The position numbers and the translations under genes are program-made. The notes under the pieces were generated by a model. That model made no database searches, was not told the DNA's origin, and worked only from the letters and a program-made list of their open reading frames with translations. DNA of 32,468 nucleotides, from assembly GCA_044224875.1 (NCBI GenBank), contig JBGAJQ010000061.1, forward strand, positions 1 through 32,468. The letters run 5' to 3'. Shown here one piece after another: positions 1 through 9,640 of this stretch. The stretch comes from Gemmatimonadaceae bacterium. Lineage in GTDB: Bacteria; Gemmatimonadota; Gemmatimonadetes; Gemmatimonadales; Gemmatimonadaceae. Every line of letters begins with the position of its first letter. Positions within the stretch are counted from its first letter, which is position 1.

Positions 1-1233
1 TCCTCGCCGAAGGTCACCGCCGAGCGCTCGATCTACGATTTGGCGTCGTTGACGAAGGTGGTCGGAACGACCACCGCCGCGATGATCCTCTACGATGAAG
101 GCCGTCTGGATCTCGATGCTCCGGTCTCACGCTACCTCCCAGTCTTCTCAGGGGGTGCCAAGGACTCGGTCACAATCCGGCACTTGCTCACTCACCGATC
201 AGGCCTGCCGGCCGGCCGGGAGTTGTGGCGGAGCACCAGCTCCCCCTTTGAAGCCAAGAACGCGGTACTGTCCACGCCGCTCATCTGCCGGCCAGGTCTC
301 TGCTATCTGTATTCGGACCTTGGCGCGGACGTCATGGGCTGGGTAATCGAGGCGATCGCCGGTCAGGGACTGGACACGTTTCTCGCCGAGCGCGTGTTCC
401 AACCCTTGGGTATGAGCGACACCGAGTTCAGGCCTGCCGACTCGCTGACCTATCGCGTGGCACCCACCGAAGTCACTCCTCCCCGGGGTTATCCCCTTCG
501 CGGAGAGGTGCATGACGAGAATGCGCACGCTCTCGGAGGAGTGGCTGGTCACGCTGGGCTGTTCTCTACGGCGGCTGACCTCGCGGTGTTCGCGCAGATG
601 ATGCTGAACAAGGGTGAGTACAACGGGGTGCGGATCGTCAGCGACTCAGCGGTTCAGCTGTTCACAGCGCGGGCCGCAGGTACACGCGCGCTCGGTTGGG
701 ACACCGCGGCCGGCGAGGGGAGTTCAGGTGCCCACTTGAGTGAGCACGCGTACGGACACACCGGCTACACCGGCACCTCCATGTGGATTGACCCGGATCG
801 GGAGATGTTTGTCATTCTTCTGACCAACCGAGTGCATGCCGCGCGGGCGAGGCGTCCGAGCAAGGTTATCGCGGATGTCCGAGCCGACCTGGCCGACGCC
901 GCAGCGGTAGCCGTGACCGACGACCCGACTTTTGCGCTGGACATGCCGGCGGTATTCCGCGCCGACCGCGCCGAGGGCTGGAACAAGCGGTATTCCCGCC
1001 GGTCGCATAGCTCCCGCCGTTCACGCTCAGCAAAGTCCAAGAAGGTCGCATCCTCCCCGAAGCGCAGCGCGGGTAGCAGCAAGGCGACGGCATCCAAGTC
1101 AGCCTCTGCGAAGCGCGCGGCTTCGAGTCCCTCCAAGGGCGTAAAGAAGAGTTCCGCGGCGGTGAAGAAGAATTCGACGACGGCGAAGAAGAGTTCGACT
1201 GTCCGGAAGTCGTCGGCGAAGTCCTCGCGATAA
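1..1233 (+). CDS. Serine hydrolase, beta-lactamase/AmpC-like family, 5'-truncated by the window, with a Lys/Ser-rich C-terminal tail
   Basis: The frame is open from base 1 (SSPKVTAERSIYDLASLTK). It shows SxxK (SLTK), LLTHRSGL, YxD in place of YxN (YLYSDLG), AGHAGLFS and GHTGYTG. Confidence 0.9.
   Translation, partial: SSPKVTAERSIYDLASLTKVVGTTTAAMILYDEGRLDLDAPVSRYLPVFSGGAKDSVTIRHLLTHRSGLPAGRELWRSTSSPFEAKNAVLSTPLICRPGLCYLYSDLGADVMGWVIEAIAGQGLDTFLAERVFQPLGMSDTEFRPADSLTYRVAPTEVTPPRGYPLRGEVHDENAHALGGVAGHAGLFSTAADLAVFAQMMLNKGEYNGVRIVSDSAVQLFTARAAGTRALGWDTAAGEGSSGAHLSEHAYGHTGYTGTSMWIDPDREMFVILLTNRVHAARARRPSKVIADVRADLADAAAVAVTDDPTFALDMPAVFRADRAEGWNKRYSRRSHSSRRSRSAKSKKVASSPKRSAGSSKATASKSASAKRAASSPSKGVKKSSAAVKKNSTTAKKSSTVRKSSAKSSR
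1144..1230 (+). repeat. Degenerate coding tandem repeat (AAGAAGAGTTC...-like units, about 21 bp) encoding KKSS-type repeats
   Basis: aagaagagttccgcggcggtg / aagaagaattcgacgacggcg / aagaagagttcgactgtc / cggaagtcgtcggcg. Confidence 0.6.
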
Positions 1234-1294
1234 ATCCGGGCTCCGGGGCGGGATTCGCTTGCCCCGAGGGTAGAGGGGTGCCGATCTTTCGGCT

Positions 1295-1681
1295 GTGTCA
1301 GAGACCGATTTCCAGCCGCCCATGTCGTCCCCCCAGGAACCTGGTGCCGAGCCCGGCGCCCCCGGTGCCGACAGCACCCCCGGTGCGATCACCGAGGATT
1401 CGGTTCGGATTGCGCTGCGTCGGGTGAAGGACCCGGAGATTAACCTCAACATCGTCGACATGGGATTGATCTACGGTATTGAGGTGGATGGCAACCACGT
1501 TCATGTGGACATGAGCCTGACGTCGCCCGGTTGCCCGTCGGGGCCGGAGATCATGCACGACGCCGAGGAGCAGCTTCGGAGCCTTCCCGGGATCGGGCAC
1601 GTGGACGTGAATCTGGTGTGGTCACCGCCTTGGACGCCGGAGCGAATCGAGCCCCGCGTTCGCGCCTACCTCGGCTTCTAG
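1295..1681 (+). CDS. sufT: Metal-sulfur cluster assembly factor (DUF59, SufT/PaaD-like)
   Basis: Motifs VKDPEINLNIVDMGLIY, MSLTSPGCP and LVWSPPWTPE are the DUF59 signature. Confidence 0.88.
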   Translation: MSETDFQPPMSSPQEPGAEPGAPGADSTPGAITEDSVRIALRRVKDPEINLNIVDMGLIYGIEVDGNHVHVDMSLTSPGCPSGPEIMHDAEEQLRSLPGIGHVDVNLVWSPPWTPERIEPRVRAYLGF

Positions 1682-1987
1682 ACCCGGACACAACCGCTGC
1701 ACGGCCGCAACCCGTTGTCGCACCTGACGATGGGGATTTGTGGTATGCAACATACGCCATTTCATCTGGGGCGCTTTGCCACGCCCGACGAGCCCATGTC
1801 ACGCACCTGAGGGCCTCGGCGTGCCCACGCATTTCGCTGTTCGCGCGTCGGCCACGCCAGCGGGCTTCAGCACCGTCAGCACCGTCGGTTGCACCGGATT
1901 GAGCTGACGGCTTCCCAACGAACCAGGGCGTTGCCATATTGTCCATTGCTGGCGTGCCGGGCGGCGGACATTTGACCTGCGGGGAAC

Positions 1988-2335
1988 GTGGCTTCGGTCT
2001 TTTACGTTCATTGGGATGAAGTGGAAGCACGCGAGCGTTCGGCTGCATTGCGCGTTGCCGGCTACACGGTGCGTGTCTTCTGGAAGGCGGGGGAGCCGCC
2101 GCGTTTTCGGGAGGGGTCGGTCCCCGACGTCTTCGTGATCTCGCTCGACCGCTTGCCGTCGCATGGCCGGGCGATCGCCGAGTGGCTCTGGGAGGCGAAG
2201 TCCCGGCACACGATACCGATCCTCTTCGCCGGCGGGGCGGCCGACAAGGTCAAGGCGACTCGCCGTCAGTTCCCGGGCGCGCACTACTGCGTGACGGGCG
2301 AGGAACCCGCAGCCATCGCACGGCTGCTTCGTTAG
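1988..2335 (+). CDS. Small single-domain receiver-like (pseudo-receiver) protein
   Basis: CheY-like beta/alpha pattern (LRVAGYTV...PDVFVISLDRLPSHG...IPILFAGG). GGGGAA lies upstream of the GTG start. Confidence 0.6.
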   Translation: MASVFYVHWDEVEARERSAALRVAGYTVRVFWKAGEPPRFREGSVPDVFVISLDRLPSHGRAIAEWLWEAKSRHTIPILFAGGAADKVKATRRQFPGAHYCVTGEEPAAIARLLR

Positions 2336-2338
2336 GCG

Positions 2339-3946
2339 TCAGGGCGCGATGGCAACGATGACGGGAACGGACTCGTTGCCGACGCGGTCCACGGCGGTGA
2401 CGACGACGCGAACGGGTGGACCACCCATCGCCGATGACGGAAGGGTGACGACGCGCTGACGCCCGTCAATGATCGCGGCCCGCCACTCACCGTCGACCAG
2501 CACGCGCACCGTCCACCATCGTACCGTCTCCGACACTCGTGCGGGGACTTCGACAGAAGCTGGCGGGGCGACACTCAGGCGAGGAACGCCTTCCACACTG
2601 GTCACCGTGGCCTGCGGAGCTTCCGGAGTCGCCGCCCCGAGCCAGGGAGACGCCGGTACCACCGCCGGCAGCGCATACAGGTCGCTCACGAGGCGCGCAC
2701 CAAGCCCGTCCGCGTCGCGCACGAAGGCGGACATCGAGAAGTGCACGTTGCCGGCCGATGTCGCGCTCTCCCGCGTTAGGCGCACCTGTGCCAGGATTTC
2801 CTCTGCCGCCCAGGCCCCCGCTCCCGTGGCCGACACACGGCTCGTGTAGTTCCCCGGCCAGACGTGTCGGCCCTGTTGATTCTCGCCGCGCCACCACGCC
2901 AGGAGTTCGCCGTATCCCTGCAGCGGCGCGCTCACCTTCCAGTACAGCTGCGGGGTGAAGTAGTCGGCCCAGCCTTCACGTATCCAACGCCGCGAGTCCG
3001 CGTAGAGTTTTTCGTAGGCGTCGAAGCCGCGCACACTCGCCGGGTAGCCTGGCCGCCAGATCCCGAACGGGGAGATGCCGAACTTCACCCAAGGTTTGGC
3101 CCGCTTGATTTCGCGATACACGGTGTCGACGAGCTTGTCGACGTTCTCGCGACGCCAGTCGTCGCGGGAGAGCTTTCCGCGCTGCGCCTTGTACTTCTTC
3201 CACGTCGCAGCATCCGGAAACGGAATCTCCCGTCGGCGACGCGTGCGCTCCGGATACGGGTAGAAGTAGTCGTCGAGGTGCACGCCATCGATGTCGTATC
3301 GATTCACCACATCGAGAATCACGCGCGTGGTCCGTGCTCGCACCCAGGGGTCTCCCGGGTCCATCCACAGGTACGAACCATACTTCCGGACGGCGGCGGG
3401 CCGGACGCGGCTGACATGTTTGGGGCTCGCCTTCGCCGGCTCTGTGGAATAGCGTGCCCGGTAGGGATTGAACCACGCGTGCAGCTCCAACCCCCTGGCA
3501 TGCGCCTCGTCCACGGCAAAGGCCAGCGGATCGTATGCCGGCACGGGACCTACGCCCTGTTGCCCCGTCAGGTAATACGACCAGGGTTCAAGTGACGAGA
3601 CGTAGAAGGCGTCCGCGGAGGGGCGCACCTGAAAAATCACTGCGTTCAGGTGGAGGCGGGCGGCCCGATCCAGGAGGGTGCGCAGTTCGGCGCGCTGTGA
3701 ATCCGCAGGTAACCCTGGCTTCGATGGCCAGTCGATGTTGTCGACGGTGGCGATCCACGCGGCGCGGAATTCCCTGAGAAGGTCGGGCGCTACCGTGTCG
3801 ACCGAGGCACCGACCGCGATAGGAACGAAGGTGGGCGCCACCGCCGGTTGCCCGCTGGCGACCGCCGCGACCGAGACCCCACACGCCACAATGAGCATGC
3901 ACCGAGCGCCCCATCGGCGCCAGGTGCCTTGTGAGGCGTTAGGCAT
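2339..3946 (-). CDS. Glycoside hydrolase-like 10 (GHL10; YddW/DigH family), probably exported
   Basis: Motifs REFRAAWIATVDNIDWPS, LNAVIFQVRP, ELHAWFNPYR, YDIDGVHLDDYFYPY, FGISPFGIW and DYFTPQLYW. The start is uncertain: ATG 3946 overlaps the rnd stop, and ATG 3898 is the alternative. Confidence 0.9.
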   Translation of the reverse strand: MPNASQGTWRRWGARCMLIVACGVSVAAVASGQPAVAPTFVPIAVGASVDTVAPDLLREFRAAWIATVDNIDWPSKPGLPADSQRAELRTLLDRAARLHLNAVIFQVRPSADAFYVSSLEPWSYYLTGQQGVGPVPAYDPLAFAVDEAHARGLELHAWFNPYRARYSTEPAKASPKHVSRVRPAAVRKYGSYLWMDPGDPWVRARTTRVILDVVNRYDIDGVHLDDYFYPYPERTRRRREIPFPDAATWKKYKAQRGKLSRDDWRRENVDKLVDTVYREIKRAKPWVKFGISPFGIWRPGYPASVRGFDAYEKLYADSRRWIREGWADYFTPQLYWKVSAPLQGYGELLAWWRGENQQGRHVWPGNYTSRVSATGAGAWAAEEILAQVRLTRESATSAGNVHFSMSAFVRDADGLGARLVSDLYALPAVVPASPWLGAATPEAPQATVTSVEGVPRLSVAPPASVEVPARVSETVRWWTVRVLVDGEWRAAIIDGRQRVVTLPSSAMGGPPVRVVVTAVDRVGNESVPVIVAIAP

Positions 3947-5144
3947 CCTTGTACGGCGAGGACTCCTTGCCGTTTCGCGTCGTCGCGGGCGGTGTACGTC
4001 CATTCCGCAGCGCCTCAATGAACGCGTCGCCCAGCAGGGACACTTGCCAGCGACGCAGCTCGGGGACGTCGTCGAGTTGCTCGATGGTCGTCGGCTTCTT
4101 GCGCGCCACGGCCTCCAAGCGCTCTCTCGGACACAGGACCCCCGGGTCGAGTTCCAGCTCGGCCGCGACGCGATCGCGCACGCTCTTGAGTCTCGACACG
4201 CGGTCCTCGAAATCCGGATCGCGATCCCACCGTGGCGAACGAGGGAAGCGCGGGAGTTCCCCTTCGGGCACGTCGCGCCCGCGCGCAATAGCAGCCAGGA
4301 TCGCCGGTCCCTCGCGATCGGAGATCGATCGAGCCAACCCTTTCGTCGCCCGGAGCGCATCGAGGTCACCGGGGGCTCGTCTCGCCAGGTCGAACAACAC
4401 CTCGTTCCCAGCGACGCGAAAAGTCGAGCGGTCCTGCGCCTTGGCCACGCCATCCCGCCAGGCCACCAGCTCGCGCAACAAGGCCAGTTCTCGACGCGAC
4501 AGGTCTCGGGCGCCCTTCAAGCGCAGGAACGCCTGCCCGGAATCTTCGCTCTCCCAACGCGTGCCCTCGAGTCGCTTGAACTCTTCCTCCGCCCATGCCC
4601 AGCGGCCCTTGCGTTCGAGCTGACCGCGAAGCGCATCACGCAAGGACAGCAAGTGCCGCGTGTCCTGGGCGGCGTAGTCGAGCATCTCCCGAGTGAGCGG
4701 ACGCATGGACCAGTCGGCACGTTGATGCGTCTTGTCCAGCTTCACGCCAAAATGCGACTCGAGCAGCGCCGCCAGCCCAAACGTACGAATGCCGAGCAGC
4801 TGCGCCGCCACGCGCGTATCGAAGATCCTCGTCACCCGCCATCCGTAATCCTGGTGCAGGAGCCGAAGGTCGTAGTCCGCGTCGTGAAAGACCACTTCGA
4901 CCTCGCGGTCCTGAAAGAGCGACGTCAGGGACGGCGGGGGGTCCACCTTCAGCGGATCGATGATCGCATGCCGCGTCGCAGTCGACAGCTGGAGCAGGTA
5001 TATCCGATCAACGTACCGGTGGAACGAGGCACCCTCGGTGTCGACCGCGATGGCCGGCGCATTCGCGATGCTCGCAGCGAACGCTTGCACCGCCTCAGCG
5101 GAGTCGAGGTAAAGGGTCGCAAGTGCTTTGCTCGTTGCCGACAC
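3939..5144 (-). CDS. rnd: Ribonuclease D (DEDDy 3'-5' exonuclease plus HRDC domains)
   Basis: Motifs IAVDTEG, VFHDADYDL, IFDTRVAAQLLG, DWSMRPL and YAAQD, followed by an HRDC region (WRDGVAKAQD). GTG 5144 is the inferred start. Confidence 0.92.
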   Translation of the reverse strand: MSATSKALATLYLDSAEAVQAFAASIANAPAIAVDTEGASFHRYVDRIYLLQLSTATRHAIIDPLKVDPPPSLTSLFQDREVEVVFHDADYDLRLLHQDYGWRVTRIFDTRVAAQLLGIRTFGLAALLESHFGVKLDKTHQRADWSMRPLTREMLDYAAQDTRHLLSLRDALRGQLERKGRWAWAEEEFKRLEGTRWESEDSGQAFLRLKGARDLSRRELALLRELVAWRDGVAKAQDRSTFRVAGNEVLFDLARRAPGDLDALRATKGLARSISDREGPAILAAIARGRDVPEGELPRFPRSPRWDRDPDFEDRVSRLKSVRDRVAAELELDPGVLCPRERLEAVARKKPTTIEQLDDVPELRRWQVSLLGDAFIEALRNGRTPPATTRNGKESSPYKDA

Positions 5145-5468
5145 GTCCCGAAAATTCGAAGGTCGAGGCCAGGCGACCGGGCCCAAGTGCCCGAAACACG
5201 CAACGTGTAATGTAGCGAGTCGGCGTCAGATGGGTCCGATTCCGCGAGACGTCCGCCAATCAGCTCCCGCACCGCCATTCACTGCGGATCGCCCGCTCCA
5301 TTGGGCTCAGGTCGGCCCTTCGACGCTGGTGCAATCGACCACATGGCCGAGGGGCCTCGACGAGCCCCGCCCGACCGGCGCATGTTTGGCACCGCTCGCC
5401 GATTCGTGGCGTGGCATGCGGCGCTACGTACGCCGCCGCGGAGGTCTGACGTTAGGCGCGGATGAGAC

Positions 5469-6263
5469 ATGATTGCCTTGTGCGAGAATCTTGAAACCGG
5501 TTACGACGACATCGGGCAGGGTATCCCGGTGGTCTTCGTGCACGGTTTTCCGCACAATCGCTCGCTGTGGGCGCCGCAAGCACACGGCTTGGTCGACCGT
5601 GCGCGCTGTATCTCCCCGGACTTGCGAGGATTCGGGGAATCGAGCGTCGCACCGCCCTACTCGATGGACCAGTACGCGGACGATGTCGTGTCGCTCATGG
5701 ACGTGCTTCGTGTGGAGCGAGCGGTCGTTGTTGGCCTGTCCATGGGGGGCTATGTGGCCATGGCGATGTGGCGGCGCCATAAGGCCAGAGTACGTGCCTT
5801 GGCCCTCGTCGACACCCGGGCAGGTGCCGACTCCGCCGAGGGCCGCCAAAAACGCGACGACATGATCGCGCTGGCCCAGGAGCGCGGAAGCAGCGCGGTG
5901 GCCGACGCCATGATTGGCAACATGGTGGGCCAGGGAACTCACTCGCGAGCCCCCGAAGTTGTCGAGAGCGTCCACAACATGCTCTCCTCCGCGCCGGTCG
6001 CCGGCGTGATCGGCGCGCTCGGCGCCTTGAAGGAGCGACCGGACGCCTCCGCGACCCTGACCACCGTGGATGTTCCGACACTCATCGTGGTTGGTGACGA
6101 GGACACCATCACGCCCATCGTCGAGTCTCAGGCCATGCACCAGATGATACGTGGAAGCCTGTTGGAGACCATCGGCGGCGCGGGTCACTTGAGCAACCTC
6201 GAACGTCCCGCCGCGTTCAATCACGTCCTGAGCGAGTTTCTCGCGAGCCTGACACTCGCGTAA
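5469..6263 (+). CDS. Alpha/beta-fold hydrolase (PcaD/MhpC-like)
   Basis: Motifs VFVHGFP, PDLRGFG, GLSMGG (nucleophile elbow), VGDED and AGHLSNLE. Confidence 0.92.
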   Translation: MIALCENLETGYDDIGQGIPVVFVHGFPHNRSLWAPQAHGLVDRARCISPDLRGFGESSVAPPYSMDQYADDVVSLMDVLRVERAVVVGLSMGGYVAMAMWRRHKARVRALALVDTRAGADSAEGRQKRDDMIALAQERGSSAVADAMIGNMVGQGTHSRAPEVVESVHNMLSSAPVAGVIGALGALKERPDASATLTTVDVPTLIVVGDEDTITPIVESQAMHQMIRGSLLETIGGAGHLSNLERPAAFNHVLSEFLASLTLA

Positions 6264-6382
6264 CAGGGCGGCGCTCGCTGAGGAGCCGTACTGCCGTCTG
6301 CGCGAACGACCAGGTGAGTCCGGCAGGGGGGCGAACCGCTATCTCGGACCCGAAAGACGGTCCGAAACCAGTCGCCACGGCG

Positions 6383-6418
6383 AAAAAGAAAGGCCGATGG
6401 AATCTTCTTCCATCGGCC
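6383..6418 (-). terminator. Rho-independent terminator of the ferredoxin gene
   Basis: On the minus strand, an 11-bp perfect stem GGCCGATGGAA-GAAGA-TTCCATCGGCC is followed by TTTCTTTTT, about 27 nt after the stop. Confidence 0.85.
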
Positions 6419-6445
6419 GTCAACAGCCCCGTGCCCTTTCGCCGA

Positions 6446-6709
6446 CTATCGCGTCGGTCGGCCGGGTGGCGGATTCTGCTTGAAGACATCCCGATTGATC
6501 TGAACGTACTGCCTCAGGTTTGCGGGCACGTCTTCTTCTGGGAAGATCGCCGTCACAGGGCACTCCGGTTCGCATGCCCCGCAATCAATGCATTCATCTG
6601 GGTGAATGAAGAGCTGCTGCTCTCCTTCGTAAATGCAGTCCACTGGGCAAACGTCGACGCAGGACTTGTCCTTGACGCCAATGCAGGCTTCCGTGATGAC
6701 GTACGGCAT
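6446..6709 (-). CDS. fdxA: Dicluster (7Fe/8Fe) ferredoxin, FdxA type
   Basis: [26 protein letters not shown]...[18 protein letters not shown]. Confidence 0.93.
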   Translation of the reverse strand: MPYVITEACIGVKDKSCVDVCPVDCIYEGEQQLFIHPDECIDCGACEPECPVTAIFPEEDVPANLRQYVQINRDVFKQNPPPGRPTR

Positions 6710-6830
6710 AGTGTGCTCGAGGGGCGGAAGGCGAAGGTTGACCGGGGAAAGATACTAGCCGAAAGTTCGCGGAAAAGGGCATCCTACGCAGCGCTGGACA
6801 GGACGTGTCCCGTAGGAAGATTCACCCCGC

Positions 6831-7295
6831 ATGCAAGTCACGATTAATGGGCGCGTTCGCGAATTGGACCCGGCGCCCTTGGAGTGCCTGGCGTTCACGC
6901 TTCGCGACCGTCTCCACCTGCTGGGGACCAAGGTGCCGTGCGAGCGCGGTGAGTGTGGGGCGTGCTCGGTGTTGGTGGACGAAGCACCGGTGTACTCCTG
7001 CATCACCCTAACGAGCCGGTGCGAGGGTCGGCGGGTGACCACGATTGAAGGGCTCACGGCACCCGGCACCCTGCATCCCCTCCAGCAAGCGTTCATCGAC
7101 CATGACGCGGTGCAGTGCGGATTCTGCACACCGGGCCAGATCTTGGCCGCCGTGGCGCTCTTGGCGGAAAATCCAACACCCGACGATGCCGCGATCGCCC
7201 GCGCGATGAGCGGGAACCTGTGCCGATGTGGCACCTACCCGAAGATCGCCGCCGCGATTCGCTCCGTTGCCGCGACCGACACGGGCGCGGCATGA
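6831..7295 (+). CDS. Xanthine dehydrogenase family 2Fe-2S subunit (PaoA/YagT/CoxS-like, no Tat signal)
   Basis: Motifs GTKVPCERGECGACSV, QCGFCTPG and GNLCRCGTY. Confidence 0.93.
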   Translation: MQVTINGRVRELDPAPLECLAFTLRDRLHLLGTKVPCERGECGACSVLVDEAPVYSCITLTSRCEGRRVTTIEGLTAPGTLHPLQQAFIDHDAVQCGFCTPGQILAAVALLAENPTPDDAAIARAMSGNLCRCGTYPKIAAAIRSVAATDTGAA

Positions 7296-9625
7296 GCGAG
7301 CATTCGCCCGACGGCAGACGTCGAAAGCGCTTCGTCACCACGGTGGTCGAGGTCGAGGGTCGTGAGGAGACGAAGATCGTGGAGCTCCCCGACGCGGAGT
7401 TGCCCCCGTGGGACGACGACTCCAAACTGCGCATTGTTGGCCAGCCGATACCGCGCGTGGATGCGCGAGAGAAGGTCACTGGCCGAGCGAGATACACGGC
7501 GGACGTCGTGCGGCCGGGGATGCTCTACGCGGTCCTGTTGCGATCGCCGATTGCTGCTGGGACCCTGACGGCCATCGACATGGCCGCGGCGCGATCGGAC
7601 TCTCAGGTCATCGACGCGATCGGACCGGGCGATGTGCCGAAGATTCGCGTCGCCGGGACGCTCCTGTTCGATCGGAACATTTCGTATGTCGGACAGCCAA
7701 TCGCGGCGATCTGCGCCGAGTCGCTCGCCGCCGCGCGCGCGGGAGGTGACCGCATGATGGCATCGGCGCGATTTGAGCGACGAGCGCACGCGGTGACTTT
7801 TTCTGACGCTGTAGCTGACGGGGCGCCGGTCGTTCGGTCGTCGGGCAATGTGTCGAAAGGGTCGCCGAACGTGGTCGAGCGGGGCGATGTCGAGTCCGGC
7901 TTGCGCGAGGCCGATGTGATCGTTCGCCGAGAGTACCGCACGCCTTCCGCGTTGCACACCTCTATGGAGCCGCACGGTGCCGTGGCGGAGTGGGAGGGCG
8001 ACCGACTGACCGTCTGGGAATCGACCCAGGGGGTGTTCCGAGTCCGAGACGAGATTGCCAACGCCTTCAGTCTTCCACGCTCGTCGGTGCGGGTGCTGAA
8101 GGACCACATGGGCGGCGGATTCGGTTCAAAGAACAACGCCGGTGCGTACACCTTCGCCGCGGTGCACCTGGCCCGTCGCACAGGAAGGGCGGTTCGTTGT
8201 GTGCTGGATCGGTACGGCGAGCAGGTCGATTCCGGACACCGCCCAGAGGCCCGCATTCGTGTGACGTTAGGCGCTCGGCGCGATGGCACGCTCACGGCCA
8301 TCGTCGGGGAATCGGACGTCTCGATGGGGACCGGCGGGTGGGACGCGTCGCCGACGGCGATTTTTCACGAGCTGTATGCGTGCGCCAACGTTCGGACGAC
8401 CGATGTGTTTGCGTGGGTGCACTCGCAGGCGATGGCGGCGTTTCGCGCGCCAGGGCACGTGGAGGGCGCCTTTGCGCTGGAACGGGCGATGGATGCGCTG
8501 GCGGCGGAGCTGCCGATGGAGCGGTTGCAGCTGAGGCGATGCAATGTCCCGGGTCGTGACCAGGAGAAGCAACGCCCGTATTCGGCGGATGCGCTGGGGC
8601 AGTGCCTCGACGAGGGAGCCCGACGTTTCGGCTGGCGAGCGGAGGGCGCGGGGAGCACTGACGACGCGACTGGTGGGCGGCGACTTCGAGGCGTTGGATG
8701 CGCCGCCCAGATATGGGGCGCTGGGGGTGGCCCGCCGGCCTACGCCACCGTTCGCGTCAACTCCGATGGTACCGCGGACATCTTGAGTGGAACACAGGAC
8801 CTGGGAACAGGGGCGCGAACGATCCTGGCCCAGATCGGCGCCGAATCGTTAGGCGCCCGGTTTGCCGATGTTCGCGTGATCCTGGGAGACACGGAACGCA
8901 CCCCGTACGCGGGAAATTCGTGGGGTTCCATGACGACGGCGTCGGTTGGGCCGGCCATTCGCGCGGCCGGCGAGGATGCACAGCGGCGTTTGCGCGAAGC
9001 CGCGGCAGAGATGCTCGAGTGCCATCCCGATGACCTGGTTGCGCAGGACAGCGTCGTCACCACGCGCGATGGGGCGCGCTCCCTATCCTTCGCCGACGTG
9101 GCGAAGAAGCTTGGCAACGTGATGATCATGGGCCAAGGCAGTCGCGGTCCCAATTCGCGCGAAGTCGGATTGGTGAGCGTCGGTGCACAGTTCGCGGAGG
9201 TGGAAGTGGACGCCGAGACGGGTCACGTGCGGGTGACACGGATTGCCGCCGTTCACGACGCCGGGCGCATCATCAATCCGCTGCTCGCGCAAAGCCAGCT
9301 GGAGGGCGGGATCATCCAGGGTTTGGGCTTCGCCTTGTTCGAGGATCGCGTGGTTGACCCGACGACCGGCATCCCACTCAACCCGGGCATGCACGACTAC
9401 AAGATCCCGACGTTGGGGGACCTGCCAACGATTGACGCCACCTGCCTCGACGTTCCCGACGCCGCAGCGAACGCCATTGGGGCTCGCGGGTTGGCCGAAC
9501 CGCCGATCATACCCACCGCCGCGGCGATCGCCAACGCGGTATCCGATGCGTTAGGCGTGGAGGTGAATACGCTGCCGCTGTCACCACGACGCGTCCTGGA
9601 GGCCATTCGTTCGGCGTATGCCTGA
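7292..9625 (+). CDS. Xanthine dehydrogenase family molybdopterin-binding subunit (PaoC/YagR-like)
   Basis: Motifs KVTGRARYTAD, MGGGFGSK, AFRAPG, QDLGTG, QLEGGIIQGLG and GARGLAEPP. ATG 7292 overlaps the stop of the small subunit. Confidence 0.93.
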   Translation: MSEHSPDGRRRKRFVTTVVEVEGREETKIVELPDAELPPWDDDSKLRIVGQPIPRVDAREKVTGRARYTADVVRPGMLYAVLLRSPIAAGTLTAIDMAAARSDSQVIDAIGPGDVPKIRVAGTLLFDRNISYVGQPIAAICAESLAAARAGGDRMMASARFERRAHAVTFSDAVADGAPVVRSSGNVSKGSPNVVERGDVESGLREADVIVRREYRTPSALHTSMEPHGAVAEWEGDRLTVWESTQGVFRVRDEIANAFSLPRSSVRVLKDHMGGGFGSKNNAGAYTFAAVHLARRTGRAVRCVLDRYGEQVDSGHRPEARIRVTLGARRDGTLTAIVGESDVSMGTGGWDASPTAIFHELYACANVRTTDVFAWVHSQAMAAFRAPGHVEGAFALERAMDALAAELPMERLQLRRCNVPGRDQEKQRPYSADALGQCLDEGARRFGWRAEGAGSTDDATGGRRLRGVGCAAQIWGAGGGPPAYATVRVNSDGTADILSGTQDLGTGARTILAQIGAESLGARFADVRVILGDTERTPYAGNSWGSMTTASVGPAIRAAGEDAQRRLREAAAEMLECHPDDLVAQDSVVTTRDGARSLSFADVAKKLGNVMIMGQGSRGPNSREVGLVSVGAQFAEVEVDAETGHVRVTRIAAVHDAGRIINPLLAQSQLEGGIIQGLGFALFEDRVVDPTTGIPLNPGMHDYKIPTLGDLPTIDATCLDVPDAAANAIGARGLAEPPIIPTAAAIANAVSDALGVEVNTLPLSPRRVLEAIRSAYA

Positions 9626-9640
9626 CGAGTCGAGCGCCGG

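Noticed and set aside
1244..1266. Hairpin after the first gene as an intrinsic terminator
   Set aside because: The stem is imperfect and there is no U-tract, so I cannot support it.
1743..1885. Dyad GTATG-CAA-CATAC and tandem CAGCACCGT x2 in the intergenic region after sufT
   Set aside because: These are short, single occurrences compatible with chance.
3947..4453. N-terminal extension of the GHL10 ORF to 704 aa
   Set aside because: It overlaps rnd in another frame, is Arg-rich and implausible, and the signal-like segment starts near 3900-3946.
3678..5210. 510-aa plus-strand ORF
   Set aside because: It is the antisense shadow of rnd and GHL10 in GC-rich DNA, with no recognisable motifs.
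6278..6376. Hammerhead ribozyme (CTGAGGAG...CGAAAC) or SRP RNA (CCAGGTGAGTCCGGCAGG)
   Set aside because: Hammerhead stems I and III cannot be formed properly, and the conserved SRP CAGG-GNRA-AGCA helix is not matched.
7292..9625. Aerobic CO dehydrogenase (CoxL) or true xanthine dehydrogenase
   Set aside because: The active-site loop is FRAPG, not AYxCSFR, AYxGAGR or AFRGFG.
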